Assembly (NCBI GenBank): GCA_964016885.1
Contig: OZ024742.1
Location: 81,096,001 to 81,160,000, forward strand
Origin: Eledone cirrhosa
Taxonomy: Eukaryota
Direction of reading: 5' to 3'
DNA length: 64,000 nt
Part shown: piece by piece, positions 45,766 to 59,764 of the stretch
Position numbering within the stretch: the first letter of the stretch is position 1
Layout: every line of letters begins with the position of its first letter
Position numbers and translations under genes: made by a program
The notes under the pieces: generated by a model
The model's database searches: none
What the model saw: only the letters and a program-made list of their open reading frames with translations
What the model was told of the DNA's origin: nothing

Positions 45766-48700
45766 GGTCTAAGCGGACGTATTTTTCTTGCTCCCAGTAA
45801 GTAGCATTATTTGCCTGTTAAAATTATTTGTTGTTAAATATTTCTTTTTGTGTAACGGATATAAGCCCTTAGGCTTTGCCCCGTGAAGGGGAAACTATAC
45901 AATTTGAGCCTTTTGGACCAAATATTTGAACTTCTTTCACATGTTAAAAAATTTACGGAGAAAAAAAAACATGGCTGAGCCACGCCCTCCAGCAATATGT
46001 CTGCTGTTGTGCGACAACGAAGTAGTAGTTCAGAGGAGCGGTACAGCGAAATTAACACACATTGATAACACAAACACCACCACAAACAATTTAAACAAAT
46101 ACACCAATGATACCAATGAGAACATTAATTTTGAAAAAAATGACAGTATCAGCGACAACGAAAATACAGATAACAAAAAAAAAATGACAAATGCAACAAT
46201 ATCAACACCACTAACAGGAAAACAAATATCGTCATCAACACCAACAATACCAATTGCACCGAGAACAACGGTGGCAACATAGACAACAATGGTAACAGCG
46301 ACAGTGATAACAACAACACCAACAAGAACAACGACAACGACAGCAACACCCCCAAATAAAACAAGAAGAACACCTTCGCTGCTGCATCAGCAAAAAAGGG
46401 GCCATGCTTCAACATGGACCTCTCAAACAAAGATGAAAAGTTGGCCCAGGCATGGAAGCTCATCAAGCAAGAGCAAACCTGGGCCTACTTAACTGTCTCG
46501 GTAGAAGCTATTAAGGCAGTGGAGCGCAGAACGGTGCATTGTAGATGCATCTCAGCACAAACCAAAAGGCAGCTTTAATTCCACAAGCCGATATCGAAGT
46601 CGCGCTGAGGTGATCAGAGAAGACACCGAATACATAGAGATGGGCAGACAGTACGGCACCATTTCGGTGTTTTTCAAGTCAGAAGCCCTCGCTATGAAAC
46701 ACGCTATGACTCCTTGCAAAACCAGCAAGGTCATAATGTACCCCTCCCACATGGGAAAAAGAACGGCCCGTCTCCGCATTCCCAGAATCCCACCAGGACT
46801 TGACATGCGGTGGCTTCAGGGATGTGTGATCGTGGAGGGGACGGATACCGTCCCTATAGAAGTGACCAGAACGGCCAGAGAGGAACGGTCCGGCTTGACC
46901 TGGTGATCCTTCTCCAGATCAGGCCCGAGAATGTGAAGACATCCGCCTTCAGAATGGGACGGTCATTCACAATATGACCGAAGGAAAAAGGCCGCAGTGT
47001 TTTATTTGTGGGGAAAAAACCTATTTGCGAGGCTTCTGCCCTCAACTGCTGAAAGAGGCGAGGGGGCGAAAGGCTCCACTGCTGCCGACGCTGGGGCAAG
47101 GACCGCAACCAACACCAGCACCGGCAAATCCACCAACATTAACACCAATAGAAAGACCACCACCAACTTTGACCACACACCAATAAAACCATAAACATAC
47201 ATACATACATACTTACAGACACAGACCCCTCATCTATCAGTAGTGAAGATGAGGGGAAACCAAATTCCCCCAAAATACAAAAAAGGAAACACAAAAATAA
47301 AAAAAAAACTTAACAAAGCACAAAATCACCCCCAATAAAAAACGCAGATACCACCCTCGCAAACATCTCTCCAATAAAACCAACATCAACACCACCATCA
47401 CCATAACCAGAATCCCTCAAACGCAAACAACCTAAACAGACGCAAGAGCAAATATACACACAAACATCTGAAACCACAGACACCGCACTCACAACAAACA
47501 CAGACACAACCGAAACAACACCACCAAAACCATCACCACCACAGCCACGCAAACAAATTAAATCACACCAACAAAACATACAAAATTTCGTGCTCGTCAG
47601 GAGGGCCAACAAGGAACTGGTGGCCCTCGTAGCACGAAGTGAAAATATATAAAATGAGGGGGACATTTTTAAATCGAGCACATTTCGCATGCCGGAAGAT
47701 TTGGTTCTGGTGCGAATGTCGATCGATAAATTCAAAGAAATACGAGACAGCTTTCCTCGGGACGTGGGAACCCCGAACGTAAAACCCACTTCAAGACTTT
47801 TAACGGGGTTCCCAAAACAAACCCCACGAACTATGGAGGTCGAACAACCCGACCTTCACAAGAGCCCGGAAGGTAAGTAAACGTTCCTCTCTCTCTTTTT
47901 AACCTGCCAACATGGCCGTATTAAGAGTAGGATGTTTAAATGTTCGAGGCCTGGGATCGTCCTGGAAGCAGGGTCACCTGCTCAATGACCCCAGGTCTAT
48001 AGAAATGGATGTAATTGCCGTCAGCAAGACCAGGATTTCCGACACGCGCGCACTAGCCATCATTTTCGACGACTATCAGATCTTTGCATCTGTTAGCCGG
48101 CCGGGAATGGGAAGCGGGGTGGCAGTGCTGTTTAGGAAAGGCCTGGATCTCGAGGTAAGGTCGATTTTCCGGGACCCGGACGGGATGTTGGTGGTCCTGG
48201 ACGTGAACAATAACGAAGATGGTGCTTTTAGATTGGTGGCTGTCTATGCTCCTACTGGGGCAGGACGTTCGGATTCTTTAGACGCCTGGAAGCCTTTCTG
48301 GGTACGTCTCGCCCTTTACTGTTAGTGGGGGACTGGAACGGCATCTTAGACGCACGCTGGGACTGTGTGGGTTTATCCGATAGTAGCGGGGGGTGCAAAA
48401 GCCCCAAGAATCTGATCAGCCAGTTCCAACTGACTGACAGGTACCGACTAGATTTCCCTAATGCGCCAGTGTGGATCTGGGCTAACCGCATAGGGTCACT
48501 AGATCGCATATAGACAGGATATTCATTAGGAAAATAGACAGAAATAGTGTAAGCTGTCCACGTTTTGAAACGGTCGCCTATTCAGATCACAAGTTTGTGA
48601 TCTGTATGGTCGACCTAGATAAGAGGCGTAGTGTAGGACCTCGTTACTGGAAGTTAAACATGTCATTTCCGGCACTCAAGGCTTACAGGGACCAGGTCAA

Positions 48701-51596
48701 CAATTTAGTTAATAAAACGTTGACAGGGGGTGTCGTCAACAGTAGATGGTGGTGGTGGTGTGGGGGGGGGGCTCTCAAAAGAGAGGTTAGAGTAATGTCG
48801 ATATAGTTTAGCAAAGAAGTAGCGTGAGAGAAAAAGAGAAAGGAGGAGGGGTTGGTAGATAAGTTAGAGGAGGCTATTGTTAGTGGCATTGCAACTGACA
48901 TGCTAGCGGCGATAATGCCATTAGACCATTCCTTCAATGCGAAACACGAAGGTTGCATTATCAGGGCTAAGGTGCGTGCTCTGAGAAACGAGGGAACCAA
49001 AGCTGTTCGATGGGCCCGCGTAGCAGAGGCGCAGCGTGGTAATAAAACCACGATTCGGTCTTCGACGGACCGAGACGGCCACTAGCTGTGCAATTACAAG
49101 AGGATGATGTGTGAGGCCTTTCGCCAACATTTTGCTCGGTTGTTCGGGGGAAGTGTCGGCTCAGAGATGGTGGCGGACTTCAGTCCCTACCTCGATGGCT
49201 TGCCGCAACTCTCGACGGCTGACGCTGGGCGCTGCGAAAGGCCAATTACTTCAGCCGAGAGTCAGGATACCCTTGTCGGCTGCATGAGGTGCAAGTCACC
49301 CGGTGTGGATGGCCTGCCCTACGAGCTTTACGTAAATATGCCAGACTTGTTCTCCAATCTCCTCGAATCGCTCTACTGCAACTGGCAGCAACACGGGAGT
49401 ATTCCCAGTTCTGTCAGCCGGGGCGTAGTGACGCTGATAAGGAAATACGAGAACAAGAGGGACACATTAGACAATGTCAAGCCCATAACTCTGCTCAACA
49501 CAGAGTTTAAGATTTTGGCCAGGGTGTTAGCGAAGAGGTTGGCGCTTGTCGTCGAGGATTTGGTTGGGGAGGCGCAAACTTCCGCAATCCCAACCAGGTC
49601 CATACACGACAACCTCCACCTAATGCGATACATCATAGAGAGGGTAGGGTGTAAACCTGGCTTCGGTGGGGCTCTGATCAATTTAGATCAATCGAAATAA
49701 TTCGATAGGGTCGACCATCGGTACCTGGAGGCTGTTCTCAAGGCGGCTGGCTTCGGCCCAGTCTTCAGAAGCTGGATCGTTGCAATGCACAGCGGCACAT
49801 GCTCGATGGTCAAAATTAATGGCCACCTCTCGGAACCGTTTCAGGTCTCCAGATCGGTCCGTCAAGGGTGTCCTCTCTCCTCCCTTCTCTACGTATTGAC
49901 TCTCGAGACTTTACTGCGGAAGCTGGAGCTGTTGCAGGGCATCCGCTCGAACCGGGACGCGGAAAGGTTGTGTCGGCTTATGGGGACGATATCACTGTGA
50001 TTGTGTCGACACCTCAGAAATCGAGGTGGTCGGCAAATTATTGGAGGAATATGAAAGGTTGACGGGAGCAAAACTTAACCCGGAAAAGTCGGTGGACTTG
50101 AAACTTGGCACCTGGAGAGGCAACTCCATGCCGTCCAACAGCGTCGTTAGGCCCTGGACGAATTGAACGGTAAAGTTGCTAGGGGTTTGGTTCGGGCCAG
50201 ACCTCCAGTGGATAAGAATTGGGGCGAGGTGATGGGCAGAGTAGCCAGTCTCACCCAGAAATGCCTTGGATGAAGCTATCACTGAAAGGTCGGGCGGAGG
50301 TGGGGAACGCGTATATCGCGTCCGTCATCTACTACCGTCTGACCGTCGTCCGTTACCCCCGTTCGCGCCTCGCCATCTTGGAGCGGCTCCTCTTCAAATT
50401 CTTGTAGAGGGATCAGGTTCCGCTGGTTAGGTGGTCCATCTGCTGCCAGCACCCTCTACGTGGAGGGCTGGGCATGCCGTGCCTAATAATGCGCAGGCAC
50501 GCGCTGAGGCTGCGGCATCTCCAGATAGTCTGCCTAAACAGTGAACAGGTGTGGTCGCCGTTTGTCAGAGAGGCCTTTACGCAGCTCGTTTCTTTGATTC
50601 AGCTGCAGTCCTGGGTCAAGAAGAGACCGAGACTGGGTGACTGGTATCTGGAATGTTGCCAGGCACTCACAGCCCTCTACCAGGCGGGCACTGCGGTCAG
50701 TGGTACTTCCACTCTCGAGTTCTATAGAGGATTAGTGGTGGGCAAGTGCGACAACGCACTCTGAGAGGCGCTGGGATTCAACGAAGTCGATCTAACCAGT
50801 CTGTATCGGAGGACATTCGAGCCGGGGACGATGGATAATTTCCAAAAATCCCTCGCTTGGCAGTGCTACCGGGGGGCACTGCCGGTTTGAGATAAACTCT
50901 ACAGGCACGGAAGTGCTGTCAGACGGACCTGCAAAATTTGCGCGCTGAGCGACGAAACCGTTCCGCACGCATCGTCCAGTGTCCATGAATTACTCACTTG
51001 TGGAGTTATGTTGAACAGCTGTTGTCCCGTGTAGAACGGACCCGGCTATCGGCTATCCGCCTTCTTTTGGCCAGGCAGGGCAGGCAATTTTCCTCTGTCT
51101 GGTAGCAGTAGCGAAAGAGGTTGTATGGTGGACGAGGTTGAAAGGACTGAAGACAGACACTTCTTTTCGGCCAATCCCTCATCAACTGTTTCAAGTTTCA
51201 CTTGGAAAGGAAGGTGATGGTGGAGAGAGAAGTGCTGCCCCCAGTATATTTGCTGAAAGGTGGGTGAATGTGGCGAGAATGGCCTGTGTGAGTGGGCCTA
51301 CTCTGGTTATGCGGCTGCAGGTAGGTAAATTTGAGCAGAAGTGGGGTGCCATTCCAGGGTGCTCTCGAAGCGTCGGGTCGTTCAGGATTGATGGGGTACC
51401 TGAGCAAACCGTGGATGGTCTTCCCCCCTAATGGGAATTTTTTCTTGTAATTTTATTCTTACTTTATTGTTACTTTGTTATTGTTACTTTGTTATTGTTA
51501 TTCATATATTGTTTACTCGATTTTTCTGTAAAACTCCACTGTGCCAGTTTTTAGTATTGTCCCCTATATGTCGGCCCTTGTGGCCAATAAACGAAA

Positions 51597-51598
<2 letters not shown>
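45766..51598 (+). mobile_element. Full-length decayed Tx1/L1-like LINE, subfamily B
   Basis: ORF1 knuckle CFICGEKTYLRGFC; ORF2 from 47912 (VGCLNVRGL, SDH, YWKLN, KSPGVDGLP, VRQGCP, AYGDD, C..C..DET..H); AATAAA at 51586; (ATT)n on both sides. Confidence 0.95.
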
Positions 51599-51643
<45 letters not shown>

Positions 51644-54600
51644 GGCGACCTACGTAGTAAATCGTATTATCGTGAGCTCCGCAAAGGTTTGTTATTTTCA
51701 GTTGTTTAAAATTGCCATTATTGCCATTATTGGAAACTTTTAATTGTTTTCTGAAAAGGACACTCAAAAAGATTGGGGCCTTGAGCCCAAAATTTAAACT
51801 ATTATAATTATCAAACAAAAAAAAATTTCTTTAAAAGACCATGGCCGAACTCAATAGCTGAGAGCCTTCCTCACAAACTAACACATCGAGCCGACACCAC
51901 CATTGTAAATATTACTACGTTTGCCAACACTAAAAATATATGCAGTAGCAATATTTTAAATTTATCTCAGGCAGACATTCATTTCCCGCCATTACCAATG
52001 ACGACAGGTGTTGAAGCCGTCACCCCCACCACCACCACAGCGACAACAGAAACAAAAGAAAAAATAAATTATCTCGTGATATCGAAACGAATTCAGCCAA
52101 AATGAACTCTTCCACACCGCACACCACTGACGCCACCACCACCACAACTGAAACTAAAGTTAACAATAACAAAAATAACGATAACAACAACAGCAACAAT
52201 GAGAATAGCAAAAAAGTGCAAGCATTCCAGGTAACTCAGGAGGAATTAGAAGAAGCCCCCAAAATGGTAAAGAAAGATGGGTATAGGGTCAGCCTCACCC
52301 ACCACTCGCCCCTCATATAAAATGGAGCAACGGTGCCTATGCACGGTATCTTATCGGACGATTAACATGAAATCGCGCCGAATGGAACGGGCATCCGAGT
52401 CCCAAATCTAAAAAGCTTTGGGACATGTGTGGGCAAAAAAATCCCACATCAGTCGTGGGCAGAAATATGGAACCGTGGACGTGTTCTTTGGAACACCAGA
52501 GGAGGCCAAGCTATTGTGGCCAGAGACTCGTGAAGATCAGGGTGAACCACGTTCCACCGGCCATCGAAATGCCCTGGCTAATGGCTGCCGTCCTCGCCGG
52601 CATCGAGGCCAACACAAAGATAATCGAAATAACGAAAGAAAAGCAGGAGAACTGGTCCGGATCTGGGATGGAGCTCCTGATCCAAGCGGACCAAAAAAGC
52701 ATTGAGGAGATACCAGAGGTAATAGACCTCACTGACGGCAGCAACCTCACCGTAATCGTCGAGGGCAGAAAGTATAGGTGTGTCGTTTGTGGTGAAGGAA
52801 CCCACATAAGGGCTTTCTGCCCTGAGGCTAAAGGGTTGAGGCCACCTCTCTTACCCACCCCAGTGACTCAACCATCTACACCACTAGCAGTAGAAAAGGC
52901 AGCAACAACTGTAGCAGCAACAACCCCAGCAACTGTAGCAAAACCAACACCACCATCACCCAACGCGCCAGAACTAGCACCAGAGCCTACACCATCCACC
53001 ACGCCACAACCAAAACCAACGCCTGTTGAGGATTTTCCACTCCCCGACCTATCGCAACTGGAGACAGATTGTGACGACGAGGAGTGGGAAACGGTATCAG
53101 AAAAAAAAAAACTAAAAGAAAACCAAAAACGAAAAAATCCCCTTCCTTCCCCCTCCAAAAACACAATACAGAGGGAAACAAATAACATATCAAACAAAAA
53201 AGTTATGACAGCTATGCTACCATCCACACCAGCATCACCAACCCCATCACCACAAACACCAACACCATCACCATCATTAACCCCAACACCACTATCACCA
53301 ACACCACCAAAAAGCGAAACAGAAACAAAACACACAACAAACGCAATCAAAACAAAACAACCAAAACGATACACACTACACAGTAATAAATTTGAACAAC
53401 AACCAATTATTACACTACATCCAACACAACACCAGCATCACAGAAAAAGACTACACAACACTCCAAAAGTTCACACAAATTCCACACATACAAATCACTC
53501 GCATCACAGAGAAAAAGTACACGACACTTAAACAAAAATTCCCCAAAGACATCGGAGACTTCCGACAAGCACTCTCCAGGAAGATTTATAAGGACATCCT
53601 TCCGGAGGAGGGCACAGGCAGTGAAATGGATGGAGAAAACATCGTTCCTCTGCGAGAAGTAAGGTAAGTGGTCTTTCCCATCTTTTCCACTCCATTTCAA
53701 CATGACCTCACTCAAAATAGGCAGCATAAATGCGCATGTCTTAGGGTCGTCATGGAAGCAGGGCCACCTGCTCAACGACCTCAGGTCACTAAACATAGAT
53801 ACCAGAATCTCCGAAGCACGGGCCTTCGCACCGATCTTCGGCGGCTACGATGTGGGGGAGGAGTTGCTGTGCTTTTTCAGAGAGGTTTGGATGTCGCTAT
53901 ACGGGCCATTTTCCTGGACCCAGAGTATAAGTTGGTGGTGCTGCACGTGACCAGCGGAGACGGGCAAGCTTTCAGGCTAGTCGCCTCTATGCCCCGACAG
54001 GAGTAGGGCGGCCTGATTTCTTCCGGCGTCTGGAGACCTTTCTTGGAATGTCCCGCTCTTTAGTGGGCGACTGGAATGGGATCTTAGCTGCACGCTGGGA
54101 CTGTGTGGGATTAGCGGATAGGGGAGGAGGTGCAAGAGCCTCATCAACCTGCTCAGCCGTTTTGAACTGTCTGACAGGTACCCCTTGGATTTCCCGAATG
54201 TGCCAATGTGGAATTGGACAAATCGCATAGGGTCATCCAGATCATATCTAGATAGAGTATTTTGTAGGGACATAGATAGGTCTAGCATAGTCTGTCCACA
54301 ATTCAAGATAGTCAGCTATACGGACCACAAATTCGTGATATGTGTGCTTGACTTAGATAGGCTTCATAGACGAGGACCCGGCTACAGGAAGCTAAACGCG
54401 TCCTTACCAGAGCGGAAGGCCTACATAGACCAGATTACCGAACTAGTTAAGCGGGCGTTGACGGGGGCCATCGTCAACAACAAGTAATGGTTTGCTCTGA
54501 AAACAGCGATTAGAATAGAGTCCATTAAGTTTAGTAAGGCTTTAGCAATAGAGAAAAATAGAGCAGAGGGAGAACTAGTTAGAAAATTAGACAAGGACCT

Positions 54601-57110
54601 TAGCAAGGCATCGCGACCGACGTACTTGAGGCGAAATTGGCCCTTGACCAATTCTTCAATGCTATAACACGAAGGCTGCGTTATCAGAGCTAGGGTGCGT
54701 GCTCTCAGACACGAGGGGACGAAAGCCGTTCAATGGGCCCGAGTGGCGGAGGCGCGTCGAGGCAACAAAGCCACGATCCAGTCTTTGGTGGACCACTACG
54801 GGCGCATGCTACTCGGGCCCGGGCAAATGTGTGAAACTTTTCAGCGACACTTCGCACAGTTATTTGGGAGCGCGGCGGGCCGGATCGAGGGATGGACTTT
54901 AGTGTCTACCTAGACGGACTGCCGCGGCTCTCGGCCACTGGGGCGGATTGTTACAAAAAGCTGATAACAGCCGCTGAAGTACGGGAGGCAATGACTGGCT
55001 GCACAAGGGGTAAATCGCCTGGTTTGGATGGTCTGCCCTATGATCTTTACGTACAGATGCCAGACTTGTTCGGAGCCCTCTTGGCTGACGTCTACTGCAA
55101 CTGGCAACAGAACGGGAGAATTCCCAGCTCTGTGAGCCGAGGAGATGTGGGGATGATGAGAAAGGATCCGAACAAGGGGGTAACATAGATAATTTTAGGC
55201 CCATAACCTTGCTAAAACAGAGTTCCAGATTTTGGCCAAGGTGCTAGCAAATAGGTTGACGCTTGTCGTTGGTGTTCTGGTGGGAGAGTCGCAGACATAC
55301 GCCATTCCCCACAGATACATCCACGACAACCTCCACCTCATGCGCTACATCGTAGAGAGGGTAGCTAGGGAACCTGGCACGGGTTGGTCCTACGACATCT
55401 CCACCTCTTCCTCGATGGTGATCAGGTGTGGTCGCCGTTTTCTAGACGCGTCTTTCCCCAGCTCGTCTCATTGACGGAGCTGCAGTCCTGGGTCAAGCAA
55501 AGACCGAGAGGGAGCGCTTGAAGACTGGGATGTCTTCAGGCGCTAACAGCCCTCGACCAATCGGGCAATGTGATCGGTAAAAACTCCATCTTGGCGTTCT
55601 ATTGAGGATTAGTGGCGGGGAAGAGCGACGACGTACTTGGGGAAACTCTAGGTGTCGACGAAAATCAACTAGCCAATCTCTTCGGAAGAACTTTCGGCCC
55701 GGAGCCTATGGACAACTCCCAGAAATCCCTGTCCAGGCAATGCTACCGAGGAGCTTTGCCAGTTCGGGATAAACTCTACAGGACAGGAGGTGCCGTCAGC
55801 CGGACTTGTCCAAGATGCGCGCAAGCCGACGAAACCTTCCTGCACGCACTCGTCCAGTGTCCGAGCATTGCTGACTTGTGGGTTTATGTCGAACACCTGC
55901 TGTCGCGTGTAGGACGGATCCAGCATTCAGCTGAGTCCATCGTGAGGATTGTCCCACCCTCTTCCTTTAGCCGGGAAGGGCAGGCAGTTTTTATCTGCCT
56001 GGTGGCCATGGCGAAAGAGATAGTGTGGTGGACACGTTTGAAAGGGCTGAAGTCGAGCACTTACCTCATGGGTGATGCCCTGATTCACTATTTCAAATTT
56101 CATTTGAAAAGGAAATTCAGGGTAGAGAGGGAAGTGCACTCTTCCCAGCATTTTGTTGAAAGATGGGTGAGAGAGGCAAGAATGGCCCGAGTGAATGGGC
56201 CTACTCTAAGTATCTGTCTGTAAATTAAAGGTGGAACATTGGGACAAGGTGACGAGCAGGGTGGCTTCTCTCACCCAGAAATGGGCGGAGAGGAAGCTAT
56301 CCCTGAAAGGTCGAGCGGAGGTGGCTAACGCGTACATCGTGTCCGTCATCCAATCAGCCTGACCGTCGTACCTTGTCGTAAGCCACGCCTGACTGCGCCG
56401 GAGCGTTTGCTCTTTCGCTTTTTGTGGAAGGGACGCGCTCCGATGGTCAGGTGGTCCGTCTGCTGTCAACACCCGCTACGTGGAACGCTGGGCATGCCGT
56501 GGGTGATGATGCGCAGACACGCGCTCAGGCTACGACATCTCCACCTCTTCCTCGACGGTGATCAGGTGTGGTCGCCGTTTGCTAGACGCGTCTTTCCCCA
56601 GCTCGTCTCCTTGACGGAGCAGTTTTTATCTGTCTGGTGGCCATGGCGAAAGAGATAGTATGGTGGACACGTTTGAAAGGGCTGAAGACGAGCCCTTACC
56701 TCTTCGGTGATGCCCTGATTAACCTTTTCAAATTTCATTTGAAAAGGAAAATCAGGGAAGACAGGGAAGTGCTCTCAACCGAGCATTGTGTTGAAAGATG
56801 GGTAAGAGAGACAAGAATGGCCCGAGTGAATGGGCCTACTCTGAGTATGTATTTGTAAATTAAAGGTGAAAAACTGGGAGAGGGCACTTGCCCAGATGGT
56901 CAGGGTCACTGTGGCTTTTTAATGGGCTTTCTTCGCGATTATCCCTCGGAAGTCTCCTCCCTATTGGGGAATTTTTTCATTGTTCTATTATTACATCATG
57001 TTTTTTTTGTTTTTTTTACACTCAGAAATGCCTTTTGTACCGTTTTGTATTGTCCTGTACTGTCCTTAATGTCTACTTTGTGTAAGCCCTTGTGGTTAAT
57101 AAAGAAAGCG
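51644..57110 (+). mobile_element. Tx1/L1-like LINE, subfamily A, rearranged (RT core deleted, 3' end duplicated)
   Basis: ORF1 CVVCGEGTHIRAFC; ORF2 ATG 53702; CPRCAQADETFLHALVQC; the WWTRLKGLK..RVNGPTLS block occurs twice; AATAAA at 57098. Confidence 0.95.
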
Positions 57111-57358
57111 TTATTATTATTATTATTTTTATTATTTTCATTTTTATTTTAAAATGTAATATCTTTTTATTTTTTTATTTTCTTAATCCTTATTATTTAT
57201 TTGCTTATTTGTATGTGACGGCCAACTATGATTATTTATTCTTATTTGTGTGTGTGCACATGTATCCTTTTATATGTGAGTACCTATGCATCTGTGTATA
57301 TATGTGTGTATGTATGTGTATGTATGTATGCGTATGTGTATACATATGTATATATATG

Positions 57359-57415
<57 letters not shown>

Positions 57416-57418
<3 letters not shown>

Positions 57419-57628
57419 GTATAATAAACAATACAATATAATTATCTCATTACCAGAGGTTTCCCGAATAAGACGAATACAAGAAACGTCCTCATTCGTT
57501 CGTCAGACAAGGTAATGAGGCAATTATATTGTATTGTTTATTATACATTAAATTTAGCTCTGTAACTTACATAGAGCATTCTTCACACCTATGACTTTTT
57601 CAATTTTCAACAGAAACTTCAATACTTA
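57416..57628. mobile_element. Mini fold-back of the 26.5-29.4 kb PLE family with canonical-core HHR
   Basis: Minus strand attaccttgt-CTGACGA-..-GAAA-CCTCTGG-TA-atgagataat (57441-57516), then a short forward copy plus a tail matching 29300-29375. Confidence 0.92.
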
Positions 57629-57657
57629 TATATATATGTGTTGGTGTCTTTATGTAT

Positions 57658-57807
<150 letters not shown>

Positions 57808-57945
57808 GTGTATGTGTGTGTGTGTGTGTGTGTGTCTGTGTATATAAATGTATATATGCGTGTATATATGTATATGAATAAATGTGTGTATATGTGAGTA
57901 TGTGGGTGTGTGTGTACGTGTGTGTTGTTATATATTCTTATTTAT

Positions 57946-58130
57946 AGGGGCGGTGGATTGGCAGAATCGGTAGATTGTCGGACGCCATGCTTTCTAGGAT
58001 AGTTACGTCCCATTACGTCCCGTTCAAATCCCGCCGAAGTTGACTTTGCCGTTCATCCTTACGGGGTCGATAAAATAAAGTACCAGTAATGCACTGGGTA
58101 ATTGCTGGCCTTGTGCCTAAATTAGAAACA
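57946..58130 (+). mobile_element. tRNA-derived SINE with 19-bp TSD
   Basis: TSD GTTATATATTCTTATTTAT at 57927-57945 and 58131-58149. Confidence 0.95.
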
Positions 58131-58245
58131 GTTATATATTCTTATTTATTTTTCTCCCCACATCTTTTTTTTTTCTCCAGCCTCATTTTCATATCTGTTA
58201 TATTTTTGTTTTTCAAATCCACTGTCAATAAAGACACCAGGATTT

Positions 58246-58305
58246 TTTCATTCTGATGAATGAAAGCAAATTTGCTTGCTTATAAGAAACCACTGGTAAA
58301 TGAAA
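58246..58305 (+). ncRNA. Canonical type I hammerhead motif
   Basis: tttcatt-CTGATGA-(stem II aagcaa..ttgctt)-GAAA-CCACTGG-TA-aatgaaa; predicted cleavage after 58298 (GUA). Confidence 0.9.
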
Positions 58306-58330
58306 TAATTATCTTATGTTTTTTATTACA

Positions 58331-58362
<32 letters not shown>

Positions 58363-58696
58363 CCATACGGTATATTGCCAAATATACTATATATACATTC
58401 ATGTATACATCGCTATTTCAGAGTACCAATCCTAGATCCGGCAATCGCTCTGAATAATCAGCTCCTGATTATTACTGAAATTCTATAAGAAACCAACTTC
58501 TATAATTTTCTGCGAAAGCAAGGGGTGCGTGACTCTGATTAACGTCAAACAGCGTGACACAGTCTGTTAGCTTCTCTCCCTTCTTTCGCGGAAAAGAAGT
58601 AAGTGACATAGTCACTACTTTAAAACCGATAGGGTAAGGACTTTTAAACGTGTTTAATTAAACATACGGTATATTGCCAAATATACTATACATACA

Positions 58697-58729
<33 letters not shown>

Positions 58730-58733
<4 letters not shown>

Positions 58734-59003
58734 TCTGACCCGACCGGCTGGCGCCCAGATAGCTATACCTTCCCCCACCACTCTACTGCAGAGATACCCC
58801 CCCCCCCCCCGTGTCACATTGTCCTTCCGACTCTCCCTCTCTCTATCTCTCACTCAGAATAACTAACATTTTAATTGTATATCGCTCTGTCTAACGGCCT
58901 ATCTCTATCTTTTCACCCTCCCTCTGTTTTTATGTCTCTCTCTGTAGATGTGTGACTGTGTAGTTTTCCTAATCTTTCTTAAAATATATCTCTTTCTCTC
59001 TCC

Positions 59004-59054
<51 letters not shown>

Positions 59055-59726
59055 GTGTGTATATAATGAAGGGAGATAGGGAAAATTAAACAGTGTTGTC
59101 ATATAGAGATTGAAGAGCGACAGAGAGAGTAAAGCAGTTAAATTATAGAGAGGTGAAATGATATTACATCATACATACATACATATAAAGTATATATATG
59201 TGTGTGTGTGTTTGTGTTTGTGTATGTGCATGTGTGTGTCTGTGTGTTTTGTTTTGATTTTATCCAACAATTGGCGAAATCAGGTGTGAATGTATGTGTA
59301 TTTGTTTGTGTGTATGTGTGTGTGTGTATGTGTGTATGTGTGTGTGTGTATGTGTGTGTGTGTGGGGGGGGGGGGGTGTTACTTATGCGGGCGACGAAAG
59401 AAAAAGTGTGTGGGATACATATATAATTATATTTGTTTGTATTTTAGTTCTGCAACCATTATATTATGGTATTTGTATCCACATGATTTTAGATGTATGT
59501 ATTACCTTCTTGCCAGTCCCTTTGTTTCTATTTCCCTGTCTCTCTATCTCTCTCTCTATCTCTCTCTAGATGTGTGTGTGTGTGTAGTTTTCCTAATCTG
59601 TCTCTTTCTCTCTCTGTCTTTCTAAGAGGGTTGCCCTTGATGTATGTATTACCTGCTATCATATAGAGAGTGAAGAGAGACAGAACATAAAACAGTTAAA
59701 TTATAGGGAGGGTGAACGAAGGAGCG

Positions 59727-59764
<38 letters not shown>

